Positions 21,418 through 30,702 of a stretch of DNA of 64,000 nucleotides are shown piece by piece. Made by a program: the position numbers and the translations under genes. This DNA comes from Nitrospirota bacterium (lineage in GTDB: Bacteria; NPL-UPA2; JAADIA01): the NCBI GenBank assembly GCA_013151555.1, contig JAADIA010000079.1, positions 1,699 through 65,698 of the forward strand. Direction: 5' to 3'. Under the pieces are notes generated by a model. It was not told the origin of the DNA. It searched no databases and saw only the letters and a list, made by a program, of their open reading frames with translations. Each line of letters starts with the position of its first letter. Position 1 is the first letter of the stretch.

Positions 21418-21446
21418 TTGACATTATCTTAAGAATGTGTTAGAAT
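21418..21446 (+). promoter_or_regulatory. Sigma70 promoter of the pyr operon (TTGACA - 17 nt - TAGAAT)
   Basis: Consensus -35, 17-nt spacer, good -10; 240 nt upstream of pyrR. Confidence 0.55.
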
Positions 21447-21687
21447 AAACTAAAATTAGAATCCTTTTAAGCCAGCTCAGTGAAGCGGTAAAGGGAGGAC
21501 AGTGAAGCCATTAAAGAGAGAAGAAAAAGCCTTTTCTCCTACTATTGTGGTAAGGCTTGAGAACCGGACAGTAGGGTGGGAAGGCTATTTTTATACCCTG
21601 AATTTCATCTTAAAATTTTCCATCTTCGCTTACAGTTAAAGCAATTCCGAACGATGTAAGGGTTGGGAAGGAGAGGAGGAATGGGTA
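21447..21687 (+). promoter_or_regulatory. Putative pyr leader/attenuator region (possible PyrR-binding RNA)
   Basis: Long 5' leader with hairpins (aagcc...ggctt) and a T-run (gctattttta) before pyrR; no exact PyrR-box consensus recognised. Confidence 0.25.
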
Positions 21688-22239
21688 GTGTCAAAAGTTA
21701 AAGAAAAAGCTAAGATAATGCAGGGTAAAGAGATAGAGAAAGCTTTGTCCCGCCTTGCTCATGAGATATTAGAAAAAATTCCGGATGTGGGAAGATTGGC
21801 TATCATTGGGATCAGAAACCGGGGAGCTTATTTAGCCGAGAGAATAGCGGAGAAGATAGAGGAAATAGCCAGGATAAAGGTTCCTCTTGGGGTTATCGAT
21901 ATTACCCTCTATCGGGATGACCTATCGGCCATTGGTCCCCAGCCGGTTGTCCGCTCGACGGAAATTCCTTTTGATATAACAGGGAAGATGATTATCCTGG
22001 TGGATGATGTCCTTTATACCGGGAGGACGGTTCGGGCGGCTCTTGATGAGCTGACGGACTTTGGGCGTTCCGGGATCATCCAGCTGGCGGTCCTTGTTGA
22101 CCGGGGTCACCGGGAATTGCCCATCCGGGCCGATTATGTAGGAAAGAATATTCCTACATCTCAAGAGGAAATGGTCGAAGTGAGATTGAAGGAAGTTGAT
22201 GGACGGGAAGAGGTGATTGTTGTAAGTAAGGGGTTGTAA
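21688..22239 (+). CDS. pyrR: Bifunctional pyr operon regulator / uracil phosphoribosyltransferase
   Basis: GTG start after GGAGAGGAGGA; PRPP-binding ILVDDVLYTGRTVRAALDEL. Confidence 0.85.
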   Translation: MSKVKEKAKIMQGKEIEKALSRLAHEILEKIPDVGRLAIIGIRNRGAYLAERIAEKIEEIARIKVPLGVIDITLYRDDLSAIGPQPVVRSTEIPFDITGKMIILVDDVLYTGRTVRAALDELTDFGRSGIIQLAVLVDRGHRELPIRADYVGKNIPTSQEEMVEVRLKEVDGREEVIVVSKGL

Positions 22240-22294
22240 GGGGTTGCTCAAAATATAAGATTATTTTAAGGCAACCATTAGGGGAGAGTAAAAT

Positions 22295-23230
22295 ATGAAA
22301 TGGAAGAGAAAAGATCTTTTAGGGTTAGAAGAGCTTTCCGCTCAGGAGATTGAGTTTATCCTGGACACGGCTGAGTCGTTCAAGGAAGTATCTTTGCGGC
22401 CCATCAAGAAGGTTCCTGCCTTAAGAGGTAAGACCATCGTTAATCTTTTCTTCGAACCGAGTACACGCACGAGAACCTCGTTTGAATTAGCGGCCAAGAG
22501 ACTCTCTGCCGATATGGTTAATATCTCTGCCTCTACCAGCAGTGTGGTCAAAGGGGAGACTCTTAAAGATACAGCTAAGAATATCGAGGCTATGAAAGTA
22601 GATGTTATCATCATGCGTCATTCTCTGCCTGGTGCTCCTTACTTTTTAGCTAAAATAATCGGTCCTTCCCTTATTAACGCCGGAGATGGAGCGCACGAAC
22701 ATCCTACTCAGGGTTTGTTAGACCTCTTCACGATGAGAGAAAATAAAGGCCGGATAAAAGGGCTCAAGGTAGTCATTATCGGCGATATCGCTCATAGCCG
22801 GGTAGCCCGTTCCAATATCTGGGGATTGCTCAAGCTGGGAGCGGAAGTGGCGGTGGCCGGTCCTGCGACTCTCATTCCTCCCCAGATAGAAAGGATGGGG
22901 GTTAAGGTCTATTACCGGGTGGAGGAGGCGGTGAGGAAAGCGGATGTTATCAATGTTTTGAGAATTCAGCTTGAGCGTCAGAAGACGGGACTTTTCCCTT
23001 CTCTCCGGGAATACCGGCAGATCTTCGGCGTCAATCGGGAGAGGCTTAAAGACGCCCGTCCCGACCTTCTTATCATGCATCCGGGCCCGATAAACCGGGG
23101 GGTAGAGATAGACCCGGATGTGGCCGATGGGCCTCACTCGGTGATCCTGGATCAGGTAACTAACGGATTGGCCGTGCGGATGGCCGTCCTTTATTTATTA
23201 GCGGGAGGAAAAAGTGAAGCTATTGATTAA
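22295..23230 (+). CDS. pyrB: Aspartate carbamoyltransferase catalytic subunit
   Basis: STRTR ([13 protein letters not shown]) and HPTQ ([10 protein letters not shown]) motifs. Confidence 0.9.
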   Translation: MKWKRKDLLGLEELSAQEIEFILDTAESFKEVSLRPIKKVPALRGKTIVNLFFEPSTRTRTSFELAAKRLSADMVNISASTSSVVKGETLKDTAKNIEAMKVDVIIMRHSLPGAPYFLAKIIGPSLINAGDGAHEHPTQGLLDLFTMRENKGRIKGLKVVIIGDIAHSRVARSNIWGLLKLGAEVAVAGPATLIPPQIERMGVKVYYRVEEAVRKADVINVLRIQLERQKTGLFPSLREYRQIFGVNRERLKDARPDLLIMHPGPINRGVEIDPDVADGPHSVILDQVTNGLAVRMAVLYLLAGGKSEAID

Positions 23231-24500
23231 AGGTAGTCGGTTGATTGATCCGGATAGTGGATACGATGATATTTCTAATATTCTGATAGAGAGGGGCAAA
23301 ATAACCGCTATCGGGAGAAAAGTCTCCGCGAAAGGGGCAAAGGTAATTGAAGCGGAAGGGAAGATAGCTGTCCCGGGACTGATTGATATGCACGTCCATC
23401 TCCGGGAGCCGGGAAGGGAGGATGAAGAGACCATTCTCTCGGGGACGCGGGCTGCAGGGCGAGGCGGATTCACCGCTATTGCTTGTATGCCTAATACCGA
23501 TCCGGTTATTGATAATCAAGGAATAGTAAAGTTTATTTACTCCCAGACCGAAAAAGTGGGGATAGTTTCGGTCTTTCCCATTGGCAGTATAACCAAGGGG
23601 CTCCGCGGGGAGGAGTTAGCGGAGATCGGGGAACTTAAGGAAGCGGGAGTAGTGGGTATCTCCGATGACGGGAAACCAGTGGAAAATTCAGAAGTTATGC
23701 GGCGGGCTCTGGAATATGCAAAGATGTTTGATCTCGTGGTTATCTCTCACTGTGAAGATAAAGACCTGAAGGGGGAGGGAGTAATGCATGAGGGTTATTA
23801 CTCTACCCTTCTTGGCCTTCCCGGCATACCCGCGGCAGCTGAGGAAGTTATGGTAGCCAGGGACTTGGGGTTAGCGGAACTGAGTGGAGGATGGCTTCAT
23901 ATCGCCCATGTGAGCACGGCTGGGACCGTGGAGATGATCAGGCAGGCGAAATCGAGAGGTATCCGGGTAACTTGTGAGACAGCTCCTCATTATTTCAGTT
24001 TAACCGATGAAGCAGTTAAGGATTTTGATACCAATGCCAAGATGAATCCTCCCTTGCGGACGGAGGAAGATGTGGAGGCGATAAAAGAGGGGCTGAAGGA
24101 TGGGACTATCGATGTTATTGCTACCGATCATGCACCTCATACCAGCGTGGAGAAAGAAGTAGAATATACCATAGCCCCTTTCGGGGTGATCGGGTTGGAA
24201 ACGGCCTTATCTTTAATTATTACCAAGCTTGTTAAAGAAGATATCTTAACTTTAAGTCAGGCTATTGCCAAGGTCTCCCTGAATCCGGCTAAGATATTAA
24301 GGATTGATAAAGGTATCCTGAAAGTAGGAGCTGATGCCGACATTACCATTATTGACCCGGACAGAGAAATTATTGTAGAATCCGGCGCGTTTGAATCTAA
24401 GAGTAGTAATTCTCCTTTCCTGGACTGGAAACTCAAAGGTGCGGCTACTATGACGATAGTGGGGGGGAGAGTGGTTATGAAAGAAGGGAGAATACTGTAA
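23214..24500 (+). CDS. pyrC: Dihydroorotase
   Basis: [10 protein letters not shown] metal-binding motif; GTG start overlapping pyrB end. Confidence 0.85.
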   Translation: MKLLIKGSRLIDPDSGYDDISNILIERGKITAIGRKVSAKGAKVIEAEGKIAVPGLIDMHVHLREPGREDEETILSGTRAAGRGGFTAIACMPNTDPVIDNQGIVKFIYSQTEKVGIVSVFPIGSITKGLRGEELAEIGELKEAGVVGISDDGKPVENSEVMRRALEYAKMFDLVVISHCEDKDLKGEGVMHEGYYSTLLGLPGIPAAAEEVMVARDLGLAELSGGWLHIAHVSTAGTVEMIRQAKSRGIRVTCETAPHYFSLTDEAVKDFDTNAKMNPPLRTEEDVEAIKEGLKDGTIDVIATDHAPHTSVEKEVEYTIAPFGVIGLETALSLIITKLVKEDILTLSQAIAKVSLNPAKILRIDKGILKVGADADITIIDPDREIIVESGAFESKSSNSPFLDWKLKGAATMTIVGGRVVMKEGRIL

Positions 24501-24521
24501 GAGGCATAGGGATTAAGTGGT

Positions 24522-24648
24522 GAAATCCCAAACTAAAAATCCCAATACTACCAAATAAATCCCAATACCACCAATTTTTGGGGTTTGGTAATACTTGGAT
24601 TTTTGGTTTACGGCGCAAGACGTTTGGGTTTGGTAACTATTGGGATTT
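24522..24648. repeat. CCCAATAC/TTGGTA-family inverted tandem-unit element 3' of pyrC
   Basis: gaaatcccaaactaaaaatcccaatactaccaaataaatcccaataccaccaa at 24522-24574; inverted tttggtaatacttggatttttgg at 24584-24606 and gtttgggtttggtaactattgggattt at 24622-24648. Confidence 0.65.
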
Positions 24649-24659
24649 AGGATTTAACT

Positions 24660-25493
24660 ATGTGGCAGGGTAGAGTAAAAATTTCTGTTAATGAAGAGGT
24701 TGCTCCCGGGTACTTCAGGATGGTTTTAAATGCTCCTCAGGTAGCTGAAGATGCGGAAGCGGGACAATTTATTCATATTCGAGTCAATGATGAGTATGAT
24801 CCTTTACTGCGGCGGCCGCTTAGCATACATAGAATAATTAGTCGAAGGTTAAAGGTTAAAAGTTTAAAGTTGCCGGATATTGAAGTGCTTTATGAGGTCG
24901 TAGGGAAGGGGACGAAGATATTGGCGGGAAAGCGGCCGGGAGAAGATCTGGATATTCTGGGACCGCTGGGCAATGGTTTTAAACTCGGCTGTGTTTCCGG
25001 GACGGTTATCCTGATCGCCGGGGGAATGGGTGTCGCTCCTCTCCTGGCTCTGGCTGAGGAGATAAGGAGAGAGGAAAAGGTTAAGGATACCTACGTTATT
25101 ATTGGGGCGAGAACGAAGGCGCTGGTGTTATGCGAGGATGCTTTCCGGGATTTAGCGGCCAAGGAGGTGCAAGTGGCTACTGATGATGGAAGCAGAGGAT
25201 ACAAAGGATTAGCGACTGACCTTCTGCAAGAGTTGTTTTCAACTTTAAACCTTAAACTTTCAACCACAGTTTACGCCTGTGGTCCGGAAGGAATGCTTCG
25301 GGAGGTAGCTGCCCTTACGGTTGCCAAGGGGGTTCCCTGCCGGATGTCTTTGGAGAACCGAATGGGGTGTGGAGTAGGAGCATGTCTGGGGTGTGTTGTG
25401 AGAGTGAAAAGTTTGCAGTCGGGAGTTGAAAGTTACAAACGTGTATGTAAGGATGGACCTGTCTTTGAAGCCGGGGAGATAATCTGGGAGTGA
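24660..25493 (+). CDS. pyrK: Dihydroorotate dehydrogenase electron-transfer subunit (FAD/[2Fe-2S])
   Basis: LLRRPLSI, GPLGNGF, C-terminal Cys cluster CGVGACLGC. Contains an in-frame inverted pair of GGTTAAAG-family repeat arms (see repeats at 24844 and 25240). Confidence 0.85.
   Translation: MWQGRVKISVNEEVAPGYFRMVLNAPQVAEDAEAGQFIHIRVNDEYDPLLRRPLSIHRIISRRLKVKSLKLPDIEVLYEVVGKGTKILAGKRPGEDLDILGPLGNGFKLGCVSGTVILIAGGMGVAPLLALAEEIRREEKVKDTYVIIGARTKALVLCEDAFRDLAAKEVQVATDDGSRGYKGLATDLLQELFSTLNLKLSTTVYACGPEGMLREVAALTVAKGVPCRMSLENRMGCGVGACLGCVVRVKSLQSGVESYKRVCKDGPVFEAGEIIWE
24844..24872. repeat. GGTTGAAAGTTAAGG-family repeat arm inside pyrK coding sequence (encodes RRLKVKSLKL)
   Basis: gaaggttaaaggttaaaagtttaaagttg. 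Confidence 0.6.
25240..25265. repeat. Inverted GGTTGAAAGTTAAGG-family repeat arm inside pyrK coding sequence (encodes STLNLKLST)
   Basis: caactttaaaccttaaactttcaacc; its reverse complement ggttgaaagtttaaggtttaaagttg matches the arm at 24844. Confidence 0.6.
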
Positions 25494-26413
25494 AAAGCGA
25501 GCCAAATATTTCCGTAGATATAGCCGGGATAAAGATGCGTTGCCCCGTTATGGTAGCCTCCGGGACTTTCGGTTATGGGGAAGAGTATGCAGACCTGCTT
25601 GACCTTAGCCGGTTAGGAGCACTTGTTGCCAAAGGGATTACCCTTAATCCTCGTCAGGGAAATCCTCCGCCCAGAATAGTGGAAACCCCGGCGGGTATGC
25701 TCAATGCCATTGGATGGGAAAATGTCGGTTTGCAGGTTTTCCTTGAGGAGAAACTTCCTTTCCTGAAGAGATTTAACACCCCGCTTATCGTCAATGTTTG
25801 TGGCAAGAAAGAGGAAGAGTATGTACAGATAGCTGAACGTCTGGATGACCGGGAGGGAGTTGCCGGGTTAGAGCTGAATATTTCCTGTCCCAATGTTAGA
25901 AGCGGGGGGTTATCGTTTGGGAGGGAAGCGGGGGCTACCCAAAAGTTAGTGGCTGGGGTGAGAAGAGTGACGAAGCTCCCGCTTATTGTTAAATTAAGCC
26001 CCAATGTTACTGATATAGTATCTATCGGACGGGCAGCTCAGGATGCCGGCGCCGATGGGTTATCCTTGATAAATACTCTTGTGGGAATAGCCGTTGATAT
26101 AAAAACGAAAAGACCGAAGTTGACCAATATAACCGGGGGGCTCTCCGGTCCGGCTATTAAGCCGGTGGCTCTGCGCTCGGTCTGGGAGGTAGCCGGGAAG
26201 GTGGATTTGCCTATTATCGGGATGGGAGGAATTATGACCGGGGAAGACGCCGTTGAGTTTCTCCTGGCAGGCGCAACAGCAGTGGCGGTAGGGACGGCTA
26301 ACTTCGTTAATCCTCACGCGGCTTTAGATGTAGCTGAGGGGATAAGAGAATATCTGGAAGAGAACAAAATTCAGGACGTTAATAGTTTAAGAGAGTATGG
26401 GAAAAAATGGTGA
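25490..26413 (+). CDS. pyrD: Dihydroorotate dehydrogenase catalytic subunit (class 1B)
   Basis: GTG start overlapping pyrK stop; 307 aa TIM-barrel DHODH pattern (ASGTFGYG, NTPLIVNV, GGIMTGEDA). Confidence 0.85.
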   Translation: MKSEPNISVDIAGIKMRCPVMVASGTFGYGEEYADLLDLSRLGALVAKGITLNPRQGNPPPRIVETPAGMLNAIGWENVGLQVFLEEKLPFLKRFNTPLIVNVCGKKEEEYVQIAERLDDREGVAGLELNISCPNVRSGGLSFGREAGATQKLVAGVRRVTKLPLIVKLSPNVTDIVSIGRAAQDAGADGLSLINTLVGIAVDIKTKRPKLTNITGGLSGPAIKPVALRSVWEVAGKVDLPIIGMGGIMTGEDAVEFLLAGATAVAVGTANFVNPHAALDVAEGIREYLEENKIQDVNSLREYGKKW

Positions 26414-26424
26414 AACGATTGGAG

Positions 26425-26562
26425 AAGGCACAAAGTGACAAAGGCACATAGGCACAAAGGCACAGAGTAACAAAGGCACAAAGGAAAAACAAGAACCAAC
26501 ACTTTTGTACTTTTTTTGGTTTTTAAACTTAGTGCCTCTGTGCCTTAGTGCCTCTGTGCCTG
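26425..26562. repeat. AAGGCACA-family inverted tandem-unit element 3' of pyrD
   Basis: Five forward units (aaggcacaaag, gacaaaggcacat, aggcacaaagg, cacagag, acaaaggcacaaagg) at 26425-26484; inverted agtgcctctgtgccttagtgcctctgtgcctg at 26531-26562. Confidence 0.65.
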
Positions 26563-26576
26563 TTTAAGGTAAAAAA

Positions 26577-27314
26577 ATGACCTTGAAGGTTAAAGATAGG
26601 TTGGTTCTGGCGCTGGATGTTGACGATAAGGAAACGGCTCTCGGGTTAGTAGAACAATTAGAAGAATATGTAGGTGTCTTTAAAGTGGGGGTGCAGCTAT
26701 TTTCCGGGGAGGGGCCGGAGATTATCCGTTGCCTTCGGGGAAAGGGAAAAAAGGTATTCTATGATGCCAAATACCATGATATTCCTACCACTGTGGCCAA
26801 GGCTGGAAAGATGGCCGTTCGCTTAGGGGCTTATATTTATAATGTCCATACCCTGGGTGGTTACGAGATGATGAGAATGACGGTGGAGGAGACAGAGAAG
26901 GAAGCTGCGGCGTTGGAAGTGGAGAAACCGCTCGTTTTGGGAGTAACCGTTTTAACTCATCTGGATCAGGGGATGTTGAAGGAAGTGGGGATTGAGAAGA
27001 GTCTGAAAAAAGAAGTGGTCAGTCTGGCAAAACTGGCGCAGAGGGCAGGATTGGAAGGAGTCGTTAGTTCTCCCCGGGAAATAAGGTTGATTCGAGAGGC
27101 TTGTGGAGATGATTTTCTTATCCTGACGCCGGGGATAAGGCCTTGTTGGGCGGAGGGGAATGAGCAGAGACGTTCGATGACTCCCGGGGAAGCCCTGGAA
27201 GCCGGAGCGGATTTTATCGTTATCGGTCGTCCTATCCTTCAGGCGGATGACCCTGCAGGAGCTGCTCAAAGGGTGCTCAGGGAGATGGAGGAAGCAGTTG
27301 CGAAAGGAAAGTGA
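26577..27314 (+). CDS. pyrF: Orotidine 5'-phosphate decarboxylase
   Basis: LVLALDVDD, FKVG, K-containing active-site pattern. Confidence 0.85.
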   Translation: MTLKVKDRLVLALDVDDKETALGLVEQLEEYVGVFKVGVQLFSGEGPEIIRCLRGKGKKVFYDAKYHDIPTTVAKAGKMAVRLGAYIYNVHTLGGYEMMRMTVEETEKEAAALEVEKPLVLGVTVLTHLDQGMLKEVGIEKSLKKEVVSLAKLAQRAGLEGVVSSPREIRLIREACGDDFLILTPGIRPCWAEGNEQRRSMTPGEALEAGADFIVIGRPILQADDPAGAAQRVLREMEEAVAKGK

Positions 27315-27954
27315 GAGGAAAGAAAGCCGGGGGAATGAAAAGGAAGTTTTATCCCTTCTTCGGGAGACGGGGGCACTTCTTAAAGGACATTTTAAGTTAT
27401 CTTCAGGACTTCATAGTTCCGAATATGTGCAATGCGCTCTGGTTTTATCCTTCCCCGATTATGCTGAGAAGTTAGCTGAGTTCCTGGCTAAGCCGTTTAA
27501 AGAGGAGAAGATTGATATAGTTATCGGTCCGGCAATGGGGGGGATCGTCCTTTCCCAGGAGGTGGGCCGGGCATTGGGAGCGAGGGCTATTTTTGCCGAG
27601 AGGGAGGAAGGAATTCTCTCTTTGAGAAGAGGGTTTAAAATTCAGGAGGGAGAAAGGGTATTGGTAGTTGAGGATGTAGTTACTACCGGAGGGTCGGTCC
27701 GGGAAGTAATAAGAATGGCCAAAGAAGAAGGTGGTGCGGTGAAAGGAGTAGCTTCCCTCATTGACCGCAGCTCGGGGAAAGTTGATTTCGGGGTGAGATG
27801 GGAAAGTTTAGTGAGCCTCGATCTCAAGGTTTATCCTCCCGGCCGTTGTCTTCTCTGTAAAGAAAAAATTCCTCTGAAAAAGTTAGGGTCGAGGGAAATG
27901 ATTGAGGATGCAAAGGAACAAGTGGGCAAGAATGGTGCAAGTAAAAATTTTTAA
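27247..27954 (+). CDS. pyrE: Orotate phosphoribosyltransferase
   Basis: PRPP-binding VLVVEDVVTTGGS. The only in-frame ATG (27247) overlaps pyrF by 68 nt and adds about 30 aa; the true start is probably a non-ATG codon near 27320-27345. Confidence 0.75.
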   Translation: MTLQELLKGCSGRWRKQLRKESERKESRGNEKEVLSLLRETGALLKGHFKLSSGLHSSEYVQCALVLSFPDYAEKLAEFLAKPFKEEKIDIVIGPAMGGIVLSQEVGRALGARAIFAEREEGILSLRRGFKIQEGERVLVVEDVVTTGGSVREVIRMAKEEGGAVKGVASLIDRSSGKVDFGVRWESLVSLDLKVYPPGRCLLCKEKIPLKKLGSREMIEDAKEQVGKNGASKNF

Positions 27955-28005
27955 AAAAACAAACTCTTGCATCCTCGAACCCTTTTTAACAAAGGAGCAC
28001 TTGCT

Positions 28006-28869
28006 ATGCGAAGTATGACCGGGTATGGACAAGCAGAGATTAAGAGCCCTCAAGGGATTCTTTCCGTAGAGATAAGAGCAGTTAACCGCCGTTTCTTTGA
28101 GTTGAAAGCGAAACTCCCACCACAGTTTTTACCTTTGGAGCCCAGAATTAAGAGTTATATTAAAAAGAGGATAGAACGGGGCACCTTGAATCTTTTTGTT
28201 AATTGGAAGGCAGAGAGGAGGGGAGTAGTTAATATTGACCGGCGGCTGGCTAAGGAGTATTATAATAAGTTGGAATCCCTGCGCAAGGAACTTGGTTTGA
28301 AGGATAACTTTGATATTGGTTTCCTTACCCGGTTGCCGGAGGTGATTAAAGTTGAAGAATCAAAGAGTAAGATAGAGAAAATCTGGCCTGTCATGCAGCT
28401 GGCTCTAAAGAAGTCTATGGAAGGCCTGTTATCTATGAAGGAGAGGGAAGGAGGGGATCTTCAGGAGGATATTGAGAAAAGGTTGAGGATGATCGAAAAG
28501 GACCTCCGAGCCATTAAGGTCCGTTGCCCTCGAGTAGTAACCGATTGCCGGAAACGGCTGTCTATGAGAGTAAAAGAATTGTCCGGGAGAATTAATGAAG
28601 ACCGGCTTAGTTTGGAAGTGGCTCTCTTTGCCGACCGGGCTGATATCTCAGAAGAGTTAACTCGTTTTTGGAGTCTCCTCAATCAGTTTAAGGAAGGAGT
28701 AGGAGAGAATAAGCCTGTGGGGAGGAAACTGGAGTTTACTCTTCAAGAGATGAGCCGGGAGATTAATACCATCGGGGCTAAAGCATCCGATTCTCTTATT
28801 TCCCGGAGAGTGATTAAGATCAAAGGCGAATTGGAGAAGATAAGGGAGGAGATTCAGAATGTGGAATGA
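28006..28869 (+). CDS. yicC: YicC-family stress-induced protein (DUF1732)
   Basis: Canonical N-terminus MRSMTGYG starting at ATG 28006 (the ORF track ATG 27967 is likely upstream of the true start). Confidence 0.75.
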   Translation: MRSMTGYGQAEIKSPQGILSVEIRAVNRRFFELKAKLPPQFLPLEPRIKSYIKKRIERGTLNLFVNWKAERRGVVNIDRRLAKEYYNKLESLRKELGLKDNFDIGFLTRLPEVIKVEESKSKIEKIWPVMQLALKKSMEGLLSMKEREGGDLQEDIEKRLRMIEKDLRAIKVRCPRVVTDCRKRLSMRVKELSGRINEDRLSLEVALFADRADISEELTRFWSLLNQFKEGVGENKPVGRKLEFTLQEMSREINTIGAKASDSLISRRVIKIKGELEKIREEIQNVE

Positions 28870-28875
28870 GATACA

Positions 28876-29070
28876 ATGAATAGTGTGAGTATGGAAAAGT
28901 CAAAGGCTAATATTGATAATGTCTATAAGTTAGTAATCGTAGCTTCAAAGCGGGTCAGGCAACTTAATGAGGGGTCGCCTAAGCTGGTAGAGACGAATTC
29001 GGGGAAAGCGACAACGATAGCCCTGGAGGAAATCGCTGTAGGAAAGATTGGGTGTAAGGAAAAAAAATAA
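28876..29070 (+). CDS. rpoZ: DNA-directed RNA polymerase subunit omega
   Basis: YKLVIVASKRVRQL core motif; 64 aa; yicC-rpoZ-coaBC neighbourhood conserved in many bacteria. Confidence 0.7.
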   Translation: MNSVSMEKSKANIDNVYKLVIVASKRVRQLNEGSPKLVETNSGKATTIALEEIAVGKIGCKEKK

Positions 29071-29130
29071 CGAGTGCTTCCGGGGTTCCGGTTTTCAAGT
29101 TAAGTAAAAGAGAGTTGTTAATCGGAGCCC

Positions 29131-29748
29131 TTGAGCTCTCAAGTAGAGGAGCCCTTGTTTATGCTCAAAGGCAAGGAAATAATTATCGGAGTAACGGGGA
29201 GTATTGCGGCTTATAAATCGGCGGAAATCGTTAGGAGGTTGAAGAATGAAGGAGCCGAAGTGACCGTAATTATGACCGAAAAAGCTACCAAATTTATCAC
29301 TCCTCTCACTTTGGAAACTCTTTCTCGAAACCCGGTTTATTGTTCTCTGTTTTCTGAGGAGCGAGAATGGGACCCTGCTCACATTTCTCTGGCCGGGAGA
29401 GCGGATCTGATTTTGATAGCGCCGGCTACTGCCAATCTCATTGGCAAATTAGCTGCCGGGATAGCTGATGACCTTCTGACAACAACGGTGATGACGGTTA
29501 AGACAATGGTTATTCTTGCTCCGGCTATGAATACCCGGATGTATGAAAATCCTATTCTTCAGGAGAATCTGAACAGACTAAAAAGTTTCGGGTATGAAAT
29601 TATCGAACCCGAATACGGTTTTCTTGCCTGCGGCGAAAAAGGGAAAGGGCGGCTGGCTGATGTTGATACCATTCTTAAAATGGTGGAAGACAATTTTAAC
29701 AGAAGACAGAAGACAGAGAATGGAGAACAGAAAACAGAGAGAATTTGA
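29131..29748 (+). CDS. coaC: Phosphopantothenoylcysteine decarboxylase (flavoprotein)
   Basis: GVTGSIAAYKSAEIVRRL FMN-binding N-terminus; C-terminal tail RRQKTENGEQKTERI is encoded by a GACAGA repeat arm. Confidence 0.8.
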   Translation: MSSQVEEPLFMLKGKEIIIGVTGSIAAYKSAEIVRRLKNEGAEVTVIMTEKATKFITPLTLETLSRNPVYCSLFSEEREWDPAHISLAGRADLILIAPATANLIGKLAAGIADDLLTTTVMTVKTMVILAPAMNTRMYENPILQENLNRLKSFGYEIIEPEYGFLACGEKGKGRLADVDTILKMVEDNFNRRQKTENGEQKTERI

Positions 29749-29785
29749 CGCCTGTCTTCTGGTTTCTGGCAACTGTCCTCTCTGG
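29701..29785. repeat. GACAGA-family inverted tandem-unit element at the coaC/coaB junction
   Basis: agaagacagaagacagagaatggagaacagaaaacagagagaat at 29701-29743; inverted cctgtcttctggtttctggcaactgtcctctctgg at 29751-29785. Confidence 0.7.
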
Positions 29786-29798
29786 TTAGGAGATTGTC

Positions 29799-30503
29799 TT
29801 GAAGAGTAAGAAAGACGGGGTTGTGAGGACAAAGGACCTGGAAGGTAAAAAGGTTCTGGTTACCGCCGGCCCTACCCGGGAACCAATAGATGCAGTCCGC
29901 TTTCTCAGCAATCCTTCTACGGGAAGAATGGGTTTCGCTCTGGCTTCGGCCGCCGAGCGGAGGGGAGCGGAAGTTATTCTCATAAGCGGACCGACGGTTC
30001 TTGTTCCTCCGGAGGGAATAAACTTTATTCGGGTGGGAACGGCTCTGGAGATGTACCAGGCCGTCCTTAGAGAATTGCAAGGGGTAGATATTTTTATAGC
30101 TGCTGCAGCTGTTGCTGATTACCATCCGAAGAAATTTTTTCCGGGTAAGATTAAGAAGCAAGGAAGAAAAAATCTTTTACTCCAACTTCAGCCTAACCCT
30201 GATATTCTCAAGGAAGTGGGCCGGAAGAAAGGAGAGAAAATTCTGATAGGGTTTTCGGCGGAGACTGAGGGCCTGGTAAAGAATGCTTGCCTGAAACTTC
30301 GGGAGAAGAACTTAGACTTTATCGTAGCCAACGATCTGACTCAAGAAGGGTCCGGCTTCGCTTTGGAAACGAACCGGGTTAAAATAATAGATCGAGAAGG
30401 AAGGATAGAAAACCTTCCCTTGATGTCTAAAGCGAAAGTGGCGGAACATATTCTTGACCGGGTGGGGGAGGTAATGAAAAGTCGGAAAGCTCTGGGAGCT
30501 TGA
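29799..30503 (+). CDS. coaB: Phosphopantothenate-cysteine ligase
   Basis: GKKVLVTAGPTREPIDAVRFLSNPSTGRMGFALA matches the CoaB domain of Dfp; encoded separately from coaC. Confidence 0.8.
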   Translation: MKSKKDGVVRTKDLEGKKVLVTAGPTREPIDAVRFLSNPSTGRMGFALASAAERRGAEVILISGPTVLVPPEGINFIRVGTALEMYQAVLRELQGVDIFIAAAAVADYHPKKFFPGKIKKQGRKNLLLQLQPNPDILKEVGRKKGEKILIGFSAETEGLVKNACLKLREKNLDFIVANDLTQEGSGFALETNRVKIIDREGRIENLPLMSKAKVAEHILDRVGEVMKSRKALGA

Positions 30504-30617
30504 CAGGGTTTCAGGAATATGGTAAACTTTTATGAAAGATAAAAAGAGGGATATGAAATTAAATGGGAGTTTTAATTGGTGCCCCAGGAATTCTGAAGAG
30601 TTGTCGAGATTGAATAC

Positions 30618-30646
30618 TTGCAATCCTTCGAATTACAGGGTATAAT
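30618..30646 (+). promoter_or_regulatory. Sigma70 promoter (TTGCAA - 17 nt - TATAAT) upstream of the DUF1559 prepilin-like gene
   Basis: Consensus -10 TATAAT; GTG start 55 nt downstream with GGAGG RBS. Confidence 0.5.
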
Positions 30647-30702
30647 GAAGGGCAGCACTTTTGTGACGTCCTAAGGATTTTTTCAAGAAGGGAGGTGAAA
30701 GT

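Noticed and set aside
26425-26562. Possible CRISPR array (regularly repeated aaggcacaaag units); similar thought for other tandem-unit loci
   Set aside because: Units are only 9-11 bp, directly abutting with no 25-40 bp unique spacers. The arrays occur as inverted pairs and no cas genes are nearby, so these are not CRISPR.
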